This document shows, piece by piece, positions 26,743 to 38,980 of a stretch of 64,000 nt of DNA. The stretch's first letter is position 1, and every line of letters starts with the position of its first letter. Below the pieces are notes generated by a model. That model was not told the origin of the DNA. It saw only the letters and a program-made list of their open reading frames with translations, and did not search any database. Source of the stretch: Octopus sinensis (Eukaryota); contig NC_042997.1 of the NCBI RefSeq assembly GCF_006345805.1, positions 66,526,001-66,590,000 on the forward strand, written 5' to 3'. Position numbers and translations under genes: made by a program.

Positions 26743-27488
26743 CACATATAAGAAGGTATGTATGTGTGTGTATGCACATATATGTGTGTTACGTACCTGT
26801 GTATCCCCCTCTCTAAATATCAAATGATGAATAAAAGGAACATCATTGTCGCACAAGCAAGGTGGTTTGTTTTCAGTTTTCTGTGAAAAAAGATATTCCC
26901 TCTCTTGGAAACAGGCAAAGATTAGTAACAGGGATGGCATCTGGCATAGAAAATCTCTCAACAACTTCTAACTAACCCATGCAAGCATGAAAAAATGGAT
27001 GTGAAGTGATAATGATGATATATGTTTGTGTGTATGAAAATATGTGTGTGTATGTGAGAATGTTTATATTCTCACAGACTCACACACATATACATACACA
27101 CACACTTATTTATGTTTATCTATCTGTCCATCTATCTATTTGTCTGCCTGTCTGTCCATCTGTATGTATGTATGTATGTATGTATGTATGTATGTATGTA
27201 TGTATGTATGTATGTGATGATTTTGCATACAGTTTCTCTCCACCAATTCCTCTCACAAAGCAATGGTTGGTCTGGGGTTTCCATAGAAAACATTTTCCTA
27301 AGAAACCATGCAATGAGATAGAACTTGTGATTACATTGGTAACAAAGTGAATTCTATATACTCATAGCCATAACTGCACTTCGTAAAAATCTGTGGCAGA
27401 TGTGTGTGTGTTTGTGTGTGTGTGTGTATGTGTGTGTGTATATATATATCTTTATATGTATATATATATATCTTTATATGTATATATA

Positions 27489-28159
27489 TCATCATCATCA
27501 TCATCATCATCGTTTAGCGTCCGTTTTCCATGCTAGCATGGGTTGGACGGTTCTACTGGGGTCTGTGAAGCCAGAAGGCTTCATCAGGCCCAGTCAAATC
27601 TGGCAGTGTTTCTACGGCTGGATGCCCTTCCTAACGCCAACCACTCCGTGAGTGTAGTGGGTGCTTTTTACGTGCCACCCGCACTGGTGCCAGACAGAGC
27701 TGGCAAACGGCCACGAACGGATGTCGCTTTTTATGTGCCACCGGCACAAGGGCCAGGCGAGGCTGGCAACGGACACGAAACGGGGCGGTGCTGGCAACGG
27801 TCGCGAAACGGAAAGTTCTCTTACATGCCACCGGCACTGGTAACACATCTGCAATTTCCATTGATCGATTTCCATTGATCGATTTCGATTCTGATCCTCA
27901 CTTGCCTCAACGGGTCTTCACAAGCAGAGTTTTGACATGCCACCGGCACTGGTAGCACATCCGCAATTTCCATTGATCGATTTCGATTCTGATCCTCACT
28001 TGCCTCAACACGTCTTCACAAGTAGAGTTTTGTGTCCCAAGAAGGGAAGGTATGCATACGTAGGCTGGCTCCATCCCATGTAGAAGGCCACGGGTTATGG
28101 ACTCACTTGTCCTGCCGGGTCTTCTCGCGCACAGCACACTTCCAGAGGTCTCGGTCTCT
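27489..28159 (-). mobile_element. RTE-type 3' end element with (TGA)n tail
   Basis: Reverse complement of the 3' UTR and tail of the 3947-4765 element. Confidence 0.85.
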
Positions 28160-28429
28160 CTCTCTCTCTCTCTCTATATTATATATATAACATATATATA
28201 TATATCTTTATATGTATATATATATATATCTTTATATGTATATATATATATATACTAAGCAATAAGGGTTTAGCAACGAGTTATATATATATATATATAT
28301 ATACACACACATATATATATATCTTTATGTGTATATATATATTATATATATATATAAATATAATATATAAAATATATATATTATATATATATATAAAAAT
28401 ATATATATATATACATATAAAGATATATA

Positions 28430-29190
28430 TATAATTCACTAGTTATCGTTATAGATATTTAAGATCTATTCTCCCTTACAGGGCTGATAGAAATTGGCTG
28501 CCGATTCTTCGCGCCCTTCTCTCCCCTCTTTTTACATTGTCTGTCTGGACTCCTATGCATACTTAAGCTAGTAACCTGCCTCATTCTTGATTCCGAATTC
28601 CTTTTGCCAAGACTGTCCGTAAACGAAGTGATCCCAAGATAAGAAATCCTTGAACTTTAATTCATCCCGTATTTCTATTTATTATTATTATTAATTAATT
28701 ATTATTCTGATCCCCCTAGACGCCACTCTGTTTACTATTTCAGCCTCGCCTCGTTTTTGCATATTCTGTATAATTCACTAGTTATCGTTATAGATATTTA
28801 AGATCTATTCTCCCTTACAGGGCTGATAGAAATTGGCTGCCGATTCTTCGCGCCCTTCTCTCCCCCTCTTTTTACATTGTCTGTCTGGACTCCTATGCAT
28901 ACTTAAGCTAGTAACCTGCCTCATTCTTGATTCCGAATTCCTTTTGCCAAGACTGTCCGTAAACGAAGTGATCCCAGATAAGAAATCCTTGAACTTTAAT
29001 TCATCCCGTATTCTATTTATTATTATTATTAATTAATTATTATTCTGATCCCCCTAGACGCCACTCTGTTTACTATTTCAGCCTCGCCTCGTTTTTGCAT
29101 ATTCTGTATAATTCACTAGTTATCGTTATAGATATTTAAGATCTATTCTCCCTTACAGGGCTGATAGAAATTGGCTGCCGATTCTTCGCG
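28430..29190. repeat. Tandem array of a 338-339-bp unit (2.25 copies)
   Basis: Units start at 28430, 28769 and 29107 and differ essentially by single-base indels. Confidence 0.92.
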
Positions 29191-29270
29191 GCGCGCCGGC
29201 CTACCCACCCCCACCACCAATACCGAATATCTCTATTTTGCTCCAACTATACCGGATGTCGTTTCTCCCA

Positions 29271-30397
29271 CCACCATTATAGTGTCTACTCTTTGAACCC
29301 CCCTCTTCAATACGCTATTTCACCATGCATTACCCCCCTCTCTCGATATCCTAACGTTCTACTTCCTAAACCTGTCCTCTGAACCACCCCTCCCATGGTG
29401 TTCCCCTATATTTCTGCACCCCCCCCACCCCACCCTTATAGGTGTCTACTCTTTGAACCCCCCTCTTCAATGCTATTTCACCATTGCATTATTACCCTCT
29501 CTCGATATCCTACGTTCTACTTGCCTAGAACCTGTCTCCTGAACCACCCCTCCCACTGGTGTTCCCCTATATTTCTGCACCCCCCCACCACCATTATAGG
29601 TTCTACTCTTTGAACCCCCCTCTTCAATACGCTATTTCACCATGCATTACCCCTCTCTCGATATCCTAACGTTCTACTTGCCTAGAACCTGTCCTCTGAA
29701 CCACCCCTCCCACTGGTGCTCCCCTATATTTCTGCACCCCCCACCCCACCATTATAGGTGTCTACTCTTTGAACCCACCTTGAACCCCCCTCTTCATACG
29801 CTATTTCAGCATGCATTACCCCTCTCTCGATATCCTACGTTCTACTTGCCTAGAACCTGTCCTCTGAACCACCCCTCCCACTGGTGTTCCCCTATATTTC
29901 TATTTCTAGCACCCCCCCACCACCATTATAGGTGTCTACTCTTTGAACCCCCCTCTTCAATACGCTATTTCAGCATGCATTACCCCTCTCTCGATATCCT
30001 ACCGTTCTACTTGCCTAGAACCTGTCCTCTGAACCACCCCTCCCACTGGTGCTCCCCTATATTTCTGCACCCCCCCCACCCCATTATAGGTGTCTACTCT
30101 TTGAACCCCCCTCTTCAATACGCTATTCACCATGCATTACCCCTCTCTCGATATCCTACCTACCTACGTTCTACTTGCCTAGAACCTGTCCTCTGAACCA
30201 CCCCTCCACTGGTGCTCCCCTATATTTTTGCACCGCCCCACCACCATTATAGGTGTCTACTATTTGAAGCCCCCTCTTCAATACGCTATTTCACCATGCA
30301 TTACCCCTCTCTCGGTATCCTACGTTCTACTTGCCTAGTACCTGTCCTCTGAACCATCCCTCCCACTGGTGCTCCCCTATATTTCTGCACCCCCCCC
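29271..30397. repeat. Tandem array of a ~158-bp C-rich unit (about 7 copies)
   Basis: Unit starts at about 29271, 29432, 29588, 29746, 29920, 30078 and 30241. Confidence 0.93.
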
Positions 30398-30617
30398 ATA
30401 AAAAGCACCATCCGAACGTGGCCGATGCCAGACCCCTCTGGCACCTGTGCAGGTGGCACGTAAAAAACACCCACTACACTCGCGGAGTGGTTGGCGTTAG
30501 GAAGGGCATCCAGCTGTAGAAACACTGCCAGACTAGACTGGAGCCTGGGGCAGTCCCGAGCTCCCCAGACCCCGGTCGAAACCGTCCAACCCGTGCTAGC
30601 GCGGAAAACGACGTTAA

Positions 30618-30649
<32 letters not shown>
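30398..30649 (+). mobile_element. RTE-type 3' end (5'-truncated) abutting the 158-bp tandem array
   Basis: High similarity to 4490-4765; (TGA)n tail followed by (TA)n. Confidence 0.85.
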
Positions 30650-30656
30650 ACATATA

Positions 30657-30815
<159 letters not shown>

Positions 30816-31853
30816 CACATATATATATATATATATAATATATATATATTATATTATATATATATATATATATATAGTTTAAAATTATACAAAACACAAA
30901 AAGCAGAGAGAGGTGAGGGAATAATAAACAAGGTGTATTAGTTTGACACTCAGGAAAATGATTCAGATATTATGCTAATAACAAGGTATTACAAATAGTT
31001 TCAAACAAGTTAGTTAATTATTAATAAAGGTTAATGTACATATAAGACAGTTTGACCTTGCAGTTAGGTCAGAAGTCAAGAACCTTAACTCCTCATATGC
31101 CATGTACATTATCTAATTTATCATAATTATGTAAATAGGTGATGAAGCAGCAGAACTATATCCCAGTATAAATTACTGTCATTTCAATTGACAATACTTT
31201 TACCATTTCATGAAGACCGTAATCAATATAAATATTTTACGCAAACTGACTGGCATGCTATATTCTGGCTAAATGTGTTTCTCTCCCATGGTTAACGTTA
31301 TAGAATTTTGGATAAAATAGACTGCATTTGATTTATGTGAAATATTGATTTTCTAACATAGGCACAGAGCCATGTGGCTTTGTGCCTATGTTAGATATCA
31401 ATATTTCACATAAATCAAGTTGAGTTTATTCTAGATTCTATAACATTAAGAAAGTAAGAGAAACAAGCTTTGCCTTTAGATGGTACACCAATCAATTACA
31501 GGTGTGTAACCCAAACACAGAAATTCTGTTATCATTCAAAGCCACAGTTCACCAGACTGCTTTCACAAAATTTATTCAATTTGGTGTATCATTATCATGT
31601 TATATCTTCCATTCTATCACCAATCTAGTGTAGTAGACATTTTATCAGCCTTCAAGAAGTGATAGAGAAAAGGAGAGAATGAGAGGGAGAAAACAGCCAA
31701 TGTTTAGAATGCATCAGACATCCATTTGAGGGATTAGCTGTTCAGAGACTGTAACTCCATTTTTCTCCTATGGACTCTTCAATTCCTATTTTATTCAAAT
31801 GGACCCTTCTAGTCATTCAATGTTTAAAAACATCAAATATTTTTATAATTAAA

Positions 31854-32366
31854 CTAGCAGTATCGCCCGGTGTTGCTCGGGTTTGTAAGGGAAATAACTA
31901 TATAAGCATTTTTAGAGAGTTACTTCCCTTATAGATGCCAATTCGGGCTTTCTTAGCCATTTCTGTTTTGGTGTCTTCAAGCCATGAAGTCATTGTTCTA
32001 AAAGAACGCTGGTCTCCTTGACAATGCTTTACGACGTTGATTTCCTTACACTCGCTTCCCCACAGCTTCACGAGGGAGGGAAGAAGGGGGAGAAGCAAAC
32101 AGGTGCAGATGTGAGCGTGGACGCCAACTCCACTGCCATCGACACACGAAAAATTATGCATTAAAATGGAATAAAAAATGATGTTAAATTATTTTTAAAA
32201 TCGTAGACTCATCGTAGACGCGCGCTAATACCCAGACGGGCTCGATATGAATCACGACTATAAGATACCCGAATTTGGTTAAACTGCACCGTAAAATGTG
32301 GGAGTAGTTAGGAATCTAAATCGAAGGGGACAGACACTCACACAACTACAGTTTTATATATATAGA
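31854..32366 (-). mobile_element. Non-autonomous Helitron, same family as 44332-44727, with an extra internal segment
   Basis: Minus strand: A|TC...CCCGAGCAACACCGGG...CTAG|T. Both ends are homologous to 44332-44727. Confidence 0.8.
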
Positions 32367-33639
32367 TATTATCAGGGATTGTGCGAAAGTGTATTGTAGA
32401 AGTGTAATTAATTTATTGCAGGTAAATTTTTAACAATAAAATCTTATATGAACACCACCACCCCTGACCCGACCTGCACCCAAGGGCCCTATGTACCCTG
32501 GTTGAGAATCACTGCTGTAACTGGTACTTCATTGTGACCATGGTTAGGACACTTAATACCCAATCACTGAATCCAGGTAGTTCAAAGTTCTTGTTCAACC
32601 CTAGGTCAACCACAATCAAGTTGACCATCTTTTGTTCTTTTGTTTCAGTCATTTGACTGTGGCCATGCTGGAGCACTGCCTTAAATAGTTCTTTAGTTGA
32701 AGAAATTGAGCCCAGGACTTATTCTTTGTAAGCCTAGTACTTATTCTATCAGTCTCTTTTGCCGAACTGCTAAGTTAAGGGAATGTAAGCACACCAACAT
32801 CAGTTGCCAAATGATGGTGGGAGGACAAACACAGTCACAAAAACACACTCACATAAAATATGCATATATATATATGCATACAATGAGTTTCTCTCAGTTT
32901 CTGTTTACCAAATCCACTCACAAGGCTTTGGTCAGCCCAAGGCTATAGTAGAAGACACTTGCTCAAGATGTCACACAGTGGACTGAACCTGCAACCATGT
33001 GGTTGGGAAGCAAGTTTCTTACCACACAACCATGCCTGCAAAGCATTTTAGATATGACCATCCCATCTTTCTATACAACATTTTCACATACATGTCCTTT
33101 TGTATATTTAACACAGTAAGGCATGTGCTGAGGGAAATTTAGCTACTGTTTCTAGAAGGTTGCACAAATATTTAAAGGCTTACACTAAATAGTTGTTTAA
33201 TCCTCAGTCACCTCTGTTCAAGAGTTTCAGCAATGACCAATCTGTCTAAATTATCCCATGTGCCCTTCTTTTATGAGAAGGCAGAGTGTGATTTGAGGGA
33301 GATTTGACTGCTGTTTCTGAAAGTTCAAACAACCATGCAGAGGATCTTCCTTGGTTTGAACATGTAAAGCTCTTATCAAATGCTTTCTAACAGTGACCAT
33401 TTCCATTTAATCAGCATTTTGTGTCTAGAACTACATTATATCCAATGACCACTTTCCTTTTTTAAGATGGTAGGGTATAATTTGAAGGATAGTTGGTTGC
33501 AATTTCTAGTAATTTAAGTAACCACATGCAAGCAGTAACAATGGATCTTTGGTTTATTATTCATATATCAATGACAAAGTTACACACTCCAGCACCCATC
33601 CCTTCCCATTACTAACAAGAGATTAAACAACAGGGGGCA

Positions 33640-34750
33640 GAGAAAAATTCCCAAAATCATTAATTTTAGATGCCAACAAATTTTATCGACACCAATGTGT
33701 TCATATTGAATTAGCATTTATCAAAATCAAGTGTGGAAAGCAACATCCATCATGTGGTGTCTGTTTTCCTTGATGCATTTCTGAAAACTTGTCTGATGCA
33801 TTTCACATTTTCCGAGGTCCATACCATCCGTGGCACCCTCGCTGGTCTATTCATTAGTGTATCTCATGTGCGAACCTCATTCACCCAACATAAGATTGTG
33901 TTACAGGTGGCAACAGCCTGATTTCGGTGAATGTTGAAGTGGTGCCAAAACTCATGCTGAACTACTGTGACAAACTCATTATTCTTCACATAACTATTGT
34001 AGGTAAACATGTGATGCCCTATTGTCCACAGCACCATGGCTTCACCCGAAAAGAAAAACAAATGCTAAGACACCATGGACCAAATGGTACCTGTCAGACA
34101 TATGTCCCTCTCCCTGGGTCTGGGTAATAGCCATTTCAAAAACGTCCGTCCTCTCTGCCTCACCCTATATTTGAGAGTAAGCAAAGCCTTATTCATCTGT
34201 TATTTATCACCAGATGAGTAATAAATGATAGGCAAAAGACTGCGAGTATAACCATCAAGACTTGTAGAAACTACAAACAAACCAATGGTGAGATGATCTT
34301 GTCAAAATTAGTTTATAAAGCATGGTCATCTGTTATTTATCAACTTGAGCCAGCAGGGCTAGACCAAAGGGACAGTAAAAGGCCTAATGGTATGACAATT
34401 TTCCCATTCCATGGTAGTAGGCCCCTTGTCTGGGCAACTTGGAATGTTCAGCTACCAGCCTAGGCTCCACTGCTTGTCAGGTTGAGAAAAGCAAACATCA
34501 ACATATTGGTCACACTCTGATGGGTTTATGGCCGAACCTGTGAATTTGTCCTGCCATCACTGTCTGTGGCAGTGGAGACATCTGAGTTCCTGGACTCCAG
34601 GCCATATCCCTGCTCCCACTATCAGGGCAGAGATGACTATCCACAAGTGCAATGCCTTTTCCATTTTGTCTACTGGGACTATGAGTCGGTCTGAATTACA
34701 GGAAATTGTATGTTCCACTCCTTAATGTAAAGTTACCCCATATAAACAAC
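33640..34750 (+). mobile_element. Highly decayed non-LTR retrotransposon fragments (RTE-like)
   Basis: Weak peptide remnants: ATWNVQL (endonuclease start, about 34433) and RT-entry-like sequence at about 33900-34030. Many stops. Confidence 0.35.
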
Positions 34751-36934
34751 TTTGAACTGTTGTCATACTTAAAAATGACAAGAGTAAGCTGGTAACAGTT
34801 GTAAAAGGTCTACATTCAATGAAAGACAAGGGAGGATAAGGTTTACAATTAAAGCAACATACTACAATCCATTACTGAGAAATGCACTGTTTCCTCTCCC
34901 TCCCATAATAGCAACAACAATAACACTGCATTTTTAAGCAGGCTGTCTACATATTACGTTCACCTGAACCTGTTCCATGTCCCATTTAATCATAAATCTG
35001 TTCAATCAAAACTGACTTGGGGTTAAACAATAACAATAGAAGCGACAACAATATCGTCTGCACTAGATTTGTATAATGCTACATAAAATGACCTTTCAAC
35101 CTTGAAAATACGTGATACTGTTAGTTGAACTTGAGATCATCTGGTCAACAGAAAGAACTTTAATTTCAAATACATTTCGTTTCTTGCTATTTTTTTCTCC
35201 TGTTTTATTGTTTTACATTAATTTTTTTCCAAGCTTGGATGTTATATGGTCTCTTTGTTATTGAAGCAATTGTTTTTTTTTTCTTGGTTGGATACTATGT
35301 CTAATGCTAAACAACTCAAGTAGCAGTGTAAGTCAAGCAAACAGAGATAAACAGAATTATATTTTACTTCTGCTCTGCCATTGCCAGCCATCAATAACAT
35401 ACAAAAAACTTTCTTCTCCAACTTCTTTTAATTTTTTTCTTCTTTTTCTTTATCTTGAAAAAGAGTTTTTTGCTCCAAATATTGGTTTCAAATCTTGGTA
35501 CAAGGCCAGCAATTTCAGGTGGGGTAAGTTGATTACATCACCCCTGACCTCAGTGGAATTTAAACTCAGACCGTAAAGACAAACAAAATGCCACTAAGCA
35601 TTTTCTCCAGCATGCTAATAATTATGCCAGCTCACTGCCTTTTTTGCTCCAAATATGGATACCAATTTTTTATCTCAAAAAATTCTTAAGCACATGCTTT
35701 CTTCTAAATGGCTTCCACATATCTCTCCACCCTTTGCACCAGCAAAACCCACAACTCCAGTCATATCCCATCCCTCATTTGCTGTCTACCTTATTTTACA
35801 TAGTTCCCTTACTGATTTCATCTTCACAAACTAATCTGTATCTTCTACTGACCATATTGTTACCAAATCCTCATGGCTATTCATGTCATCATCTGCACCC
35901 CTTATTTGCAGCTCCCCCTCATTAGTTTCCTTTCTTCTATTTGCACTATCCCTTACTGCCCCTTCTATAGCTCTTAACATTCAACAGTTCAACTGATGCT
36001 TATTTGACCTCCCATTTGCTAAATCCTGCAAGCTCCACAGCTTTTGGACCAATCTTTACTGTCCCTGTATCTATTGCATCTTCGCACACTCTTGAGTCTC
36101 TAGGTTCTACCCCTTAACCTATCACTCACTGAAAACAATCCTGGGTAAATGTCTCCATTATAGCCCTTTCACTCCACACTGTAGATAAGTTCCATACCTG
36201 GATTGACACCATGCACTTCCTGCATCACACTATATGAAAATGATTGAGCCCAGCGCAAATGACATTTTTACTAATCTTGACTAATTCCCATTACACTGGA
36301 TACCCATCTCATGCCAGTTCAAGAACATATTAGATCCATTCACCAGTATGTGTTGACACACTGCAGACTGCTTCAGTTTCCAAAGTGGCCAAGATGCATC
36401 AACATCTAATTAAAACCCATTGTTTTTGACACTGGTGTAGCATCATAGTTAAACCAGCTAACAAGAACACATCTGTTAAGTTAGTAACATAATGTTACTA
36501 ACTCAAATAACTAACAACTTGTTACTACCACAATGTACAATTCATTTTTTTGCTCTCTCTCATTCTATCAACAACCTCTGAGTTCATAAGTCACTTTGGG
36601 TTACTTTGTAACATCATGTTCTAACTGAAATTCCCAACAACTTGTTACTACTACAGTACACCAACTCATCTTTTCCTCTCTCTCTGTTGTACTAACAAAC
36701 AACCTTTGAATCCATATGTCACTGACCTCCAACATCTGCTTTCTCAAGATCCATAAACCCAACCAACATCCCAAATCACATTCAAGGTTTCTGTCAACCG
36801 TCCTATTAAACTCATTTCAAGATTCTTTGACTGAATTTTGTCACCCTCAATAACAGTCCCTCCATCCCACACTCAAGACACCAACCATACCCTCTGCCTC
36901 CTCAACTTCTTTTTCCTCTGTGGTTCCTCTAAGC

Positions 36935-37274
36935 CAGTTGTTCTCAGCTGGGGTCCACTGGGAGGTTTGTGTGAGACTTTTGGGGGTCTACACAAGCAAA
37001 ACAGTAAATTGAGGATCCACAGAAGTATTTTGAGGGTCCATGAAAAAAATGTTACTTTGGATGTATTTATTACAAGAACCAGCTCAGTTTCTTTTTCAAA
37101 TGTTTCATATAGTTCAGCTTAACACAAGTTAATGTGTGAAAAACAAAATAGTGATTTTGAAAGAAGTATCTATAAAACTAGATTTTAAACACCAAATAGC
37201 TTTGGGTGGGGGTCCACCAGAACAGAATAGTAATCAAAGGGGTCCATAGGTGTAAAATGGTTTGAGAACACCTG
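36935..37274. mobile_element. hAT/Charlie-like MITE
   Basis: Ends CAGTTGTTCTCA...TGAGAACACCTG; degenerate 8-bp TSD ctctaagc/atctaagt. Confidence 0.65.
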
Positions 37275-37438
37275 ATCTAAGTCATATTTTATCAATCATG
37301 TTCAGTTCCTGTTTAATATCTGCTCTCATCACCCACAATGATTCTTTCTGGGCCATTATGGACCCTTCTGTTTAATTGAAATTTAATTGAACTTTCTGGA
37401 CCCTTCTGTTTAATTGAACTTGTTCTCATCATTAAATG

Positions 37439-38019
37439 GGATCTCTTCAGTTTGGGTCACAGATTTTTTAATTATTTTTTTTTAACTAAACAGTTTGAAA
37501 CTTTGTATACTGGTGTAATGTCTCACACTGAACACAGTTTACTTTCAACATTTTTGACAAAATTTCATATTTTCAAAGTTATTTCATGTTAAATTTGTCA
37601 TATTTGGGTAATTTTAAGCAATCAATGATGAGTGTTCGACTGAAGCAACCTACTGCTGTTTGCAATAGTAATCGAAGCTCAACAACTTCCAGGTCATCTC
37701 TACTAGATGTATTTTTCAACCATGTATGACCCAGAAGTTGTTGCTCTTCAATTACTATCACAAACATAAGTAGATTTCTTCAGCTGTATACACGTCACTG
37801 ATTGGCTAAAATCACCTAATATGAAATAACTTCTAAAATATTAAATTTTGTCAAAAATGTTGAAAGTAAACTGTATTCAGTGTGAGAAATAGATACAGGG
37901 ACAGTAAAGATTGGTCCAAAAGCTGTGGAGCTTGCAGGATTACAAATGTATATGAAGTTTCACACTGTCCAGTTAAAAAAAATAGATTAAAAAATCTTTG
38001 AGCCAAACTGAAGAGATCC
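37439..38019. mobile_element. Related foldback element (581 bp), GGATCT termini, 8-bp TSD ATTAAATG, no telomeric core
   Basis: ATTAAATG at 37431-37438 and 38020-38027. Ends ggatctcttcagtttgg...ccaaactgaagagatcc. Arm sequence is homologous to 19906-20789. Confidence 0.85.
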
Positions 38020-38148
38020 ATTAAATGCTATCACCAATCCCCATCAGTTTTCAAGTAAGGTAATATTTCCTCATGGCCAGGCATATTGTTCATAGAAGAC
38101 TGGAAACAAACAACATGCTCCTTTACAATCATCAGGAGGTATCAAGAC

Positions 38149-38927
38149 AAGCGTCTTCAGCCTTTCTTCATAAGAGAAATTCTTGAGACCAAGAACCATG
38201 CGGGTAGCCAGCTTCTGGACTCTTTTGAGATGCTGTATGTCTTTGAGGAGATAAGGAGAAGAGGCTTGAATCCCGTACTCCAATATGGGTCTCACCAGCG
38301 TGACATAGAGCGGTAGGAATATGGCTGCTGTGAGCATTCCGAATGACCGTCGAATCAAGAACAGAATTCCGCGTGCTTTGTTGGCAGCATGGACGCACTG
38401 GGCCGAAGGCGAAAAGGAGGAATCCACCAAGATACCGAGGTCCTTTACCTGATCGGTCCTCTCCAGCAGCAGACGACCCGGCTCGAAATCAAGTTGAGTT
38501 GCAGGAGGAGAGCCAACAGGCAGATGACAGCACTTTGACAGGTTCAGACACAGGTCCCAATCGTTAGACCATCTCCAAATTTGGTGGAGGCATCGACGAA
38601 GATCCTCTATATCACTGCGAGGAGCGACCAGTTTGACATCGTCGGCAAATAGAAGGGTGTGTTGCGTGAGGTCGTTGGGCAAGTCATTTATGAAGACTAA
38701 GAACAATAAGGGCCCAAGCACTGAACCTTGAGGCACGCCACTGCTCACACTGGAGACGTTGGACCACGAACCATTAACTTGGACTTGGAAGGAGCGATCT
38801 GAGAGGAAGGCACCAACCCATCGTACAATATCCGGATGGAAACTATATGCTTGAAGCTTGACAAGTAATAGGCGGTGGTTTACCGTGTCAAAAGCTTTGG
38901 CAAAGTCCAGGAAGCAAGCTACCACAC
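38149..38927 (-). mobile_element. CR1-clade LINE reverse-transcriptase fragment, truncated at both ends, ORF uninterrupted
   Basis: ORF 38071-38925 contains LDFAKAFD, SGVPQGSVLGPLLF, FADDVKL, RPILEY and YEERL. Visibly more GC-rich than the flanks. Confidence 0.93.
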
Positions 38928-38971
38928 CTACATAGAAGAACAGATAAAAATGTTATTAGAACAAAAGGTTA

Positions 38972-38977
38972 TTTATT
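38972..38977 (-). terminator. Candidate METTL5 polyadenylation signal AATAAA
   Basis: Minus strand reads TGA TCT AATAAA, followed by T/GT-rich sequence. Confidence 0.55.
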
Positions 38978-38980
38978 AGA

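Noticed and set aside
28767-28820. 54-bp TG...CA segment suggesting a tandem-array TRIM in the 339-bp repeat
   Set aside because: No PBS or adjacent PPT on either strand, and the array ends do not coincide with these boundaries.
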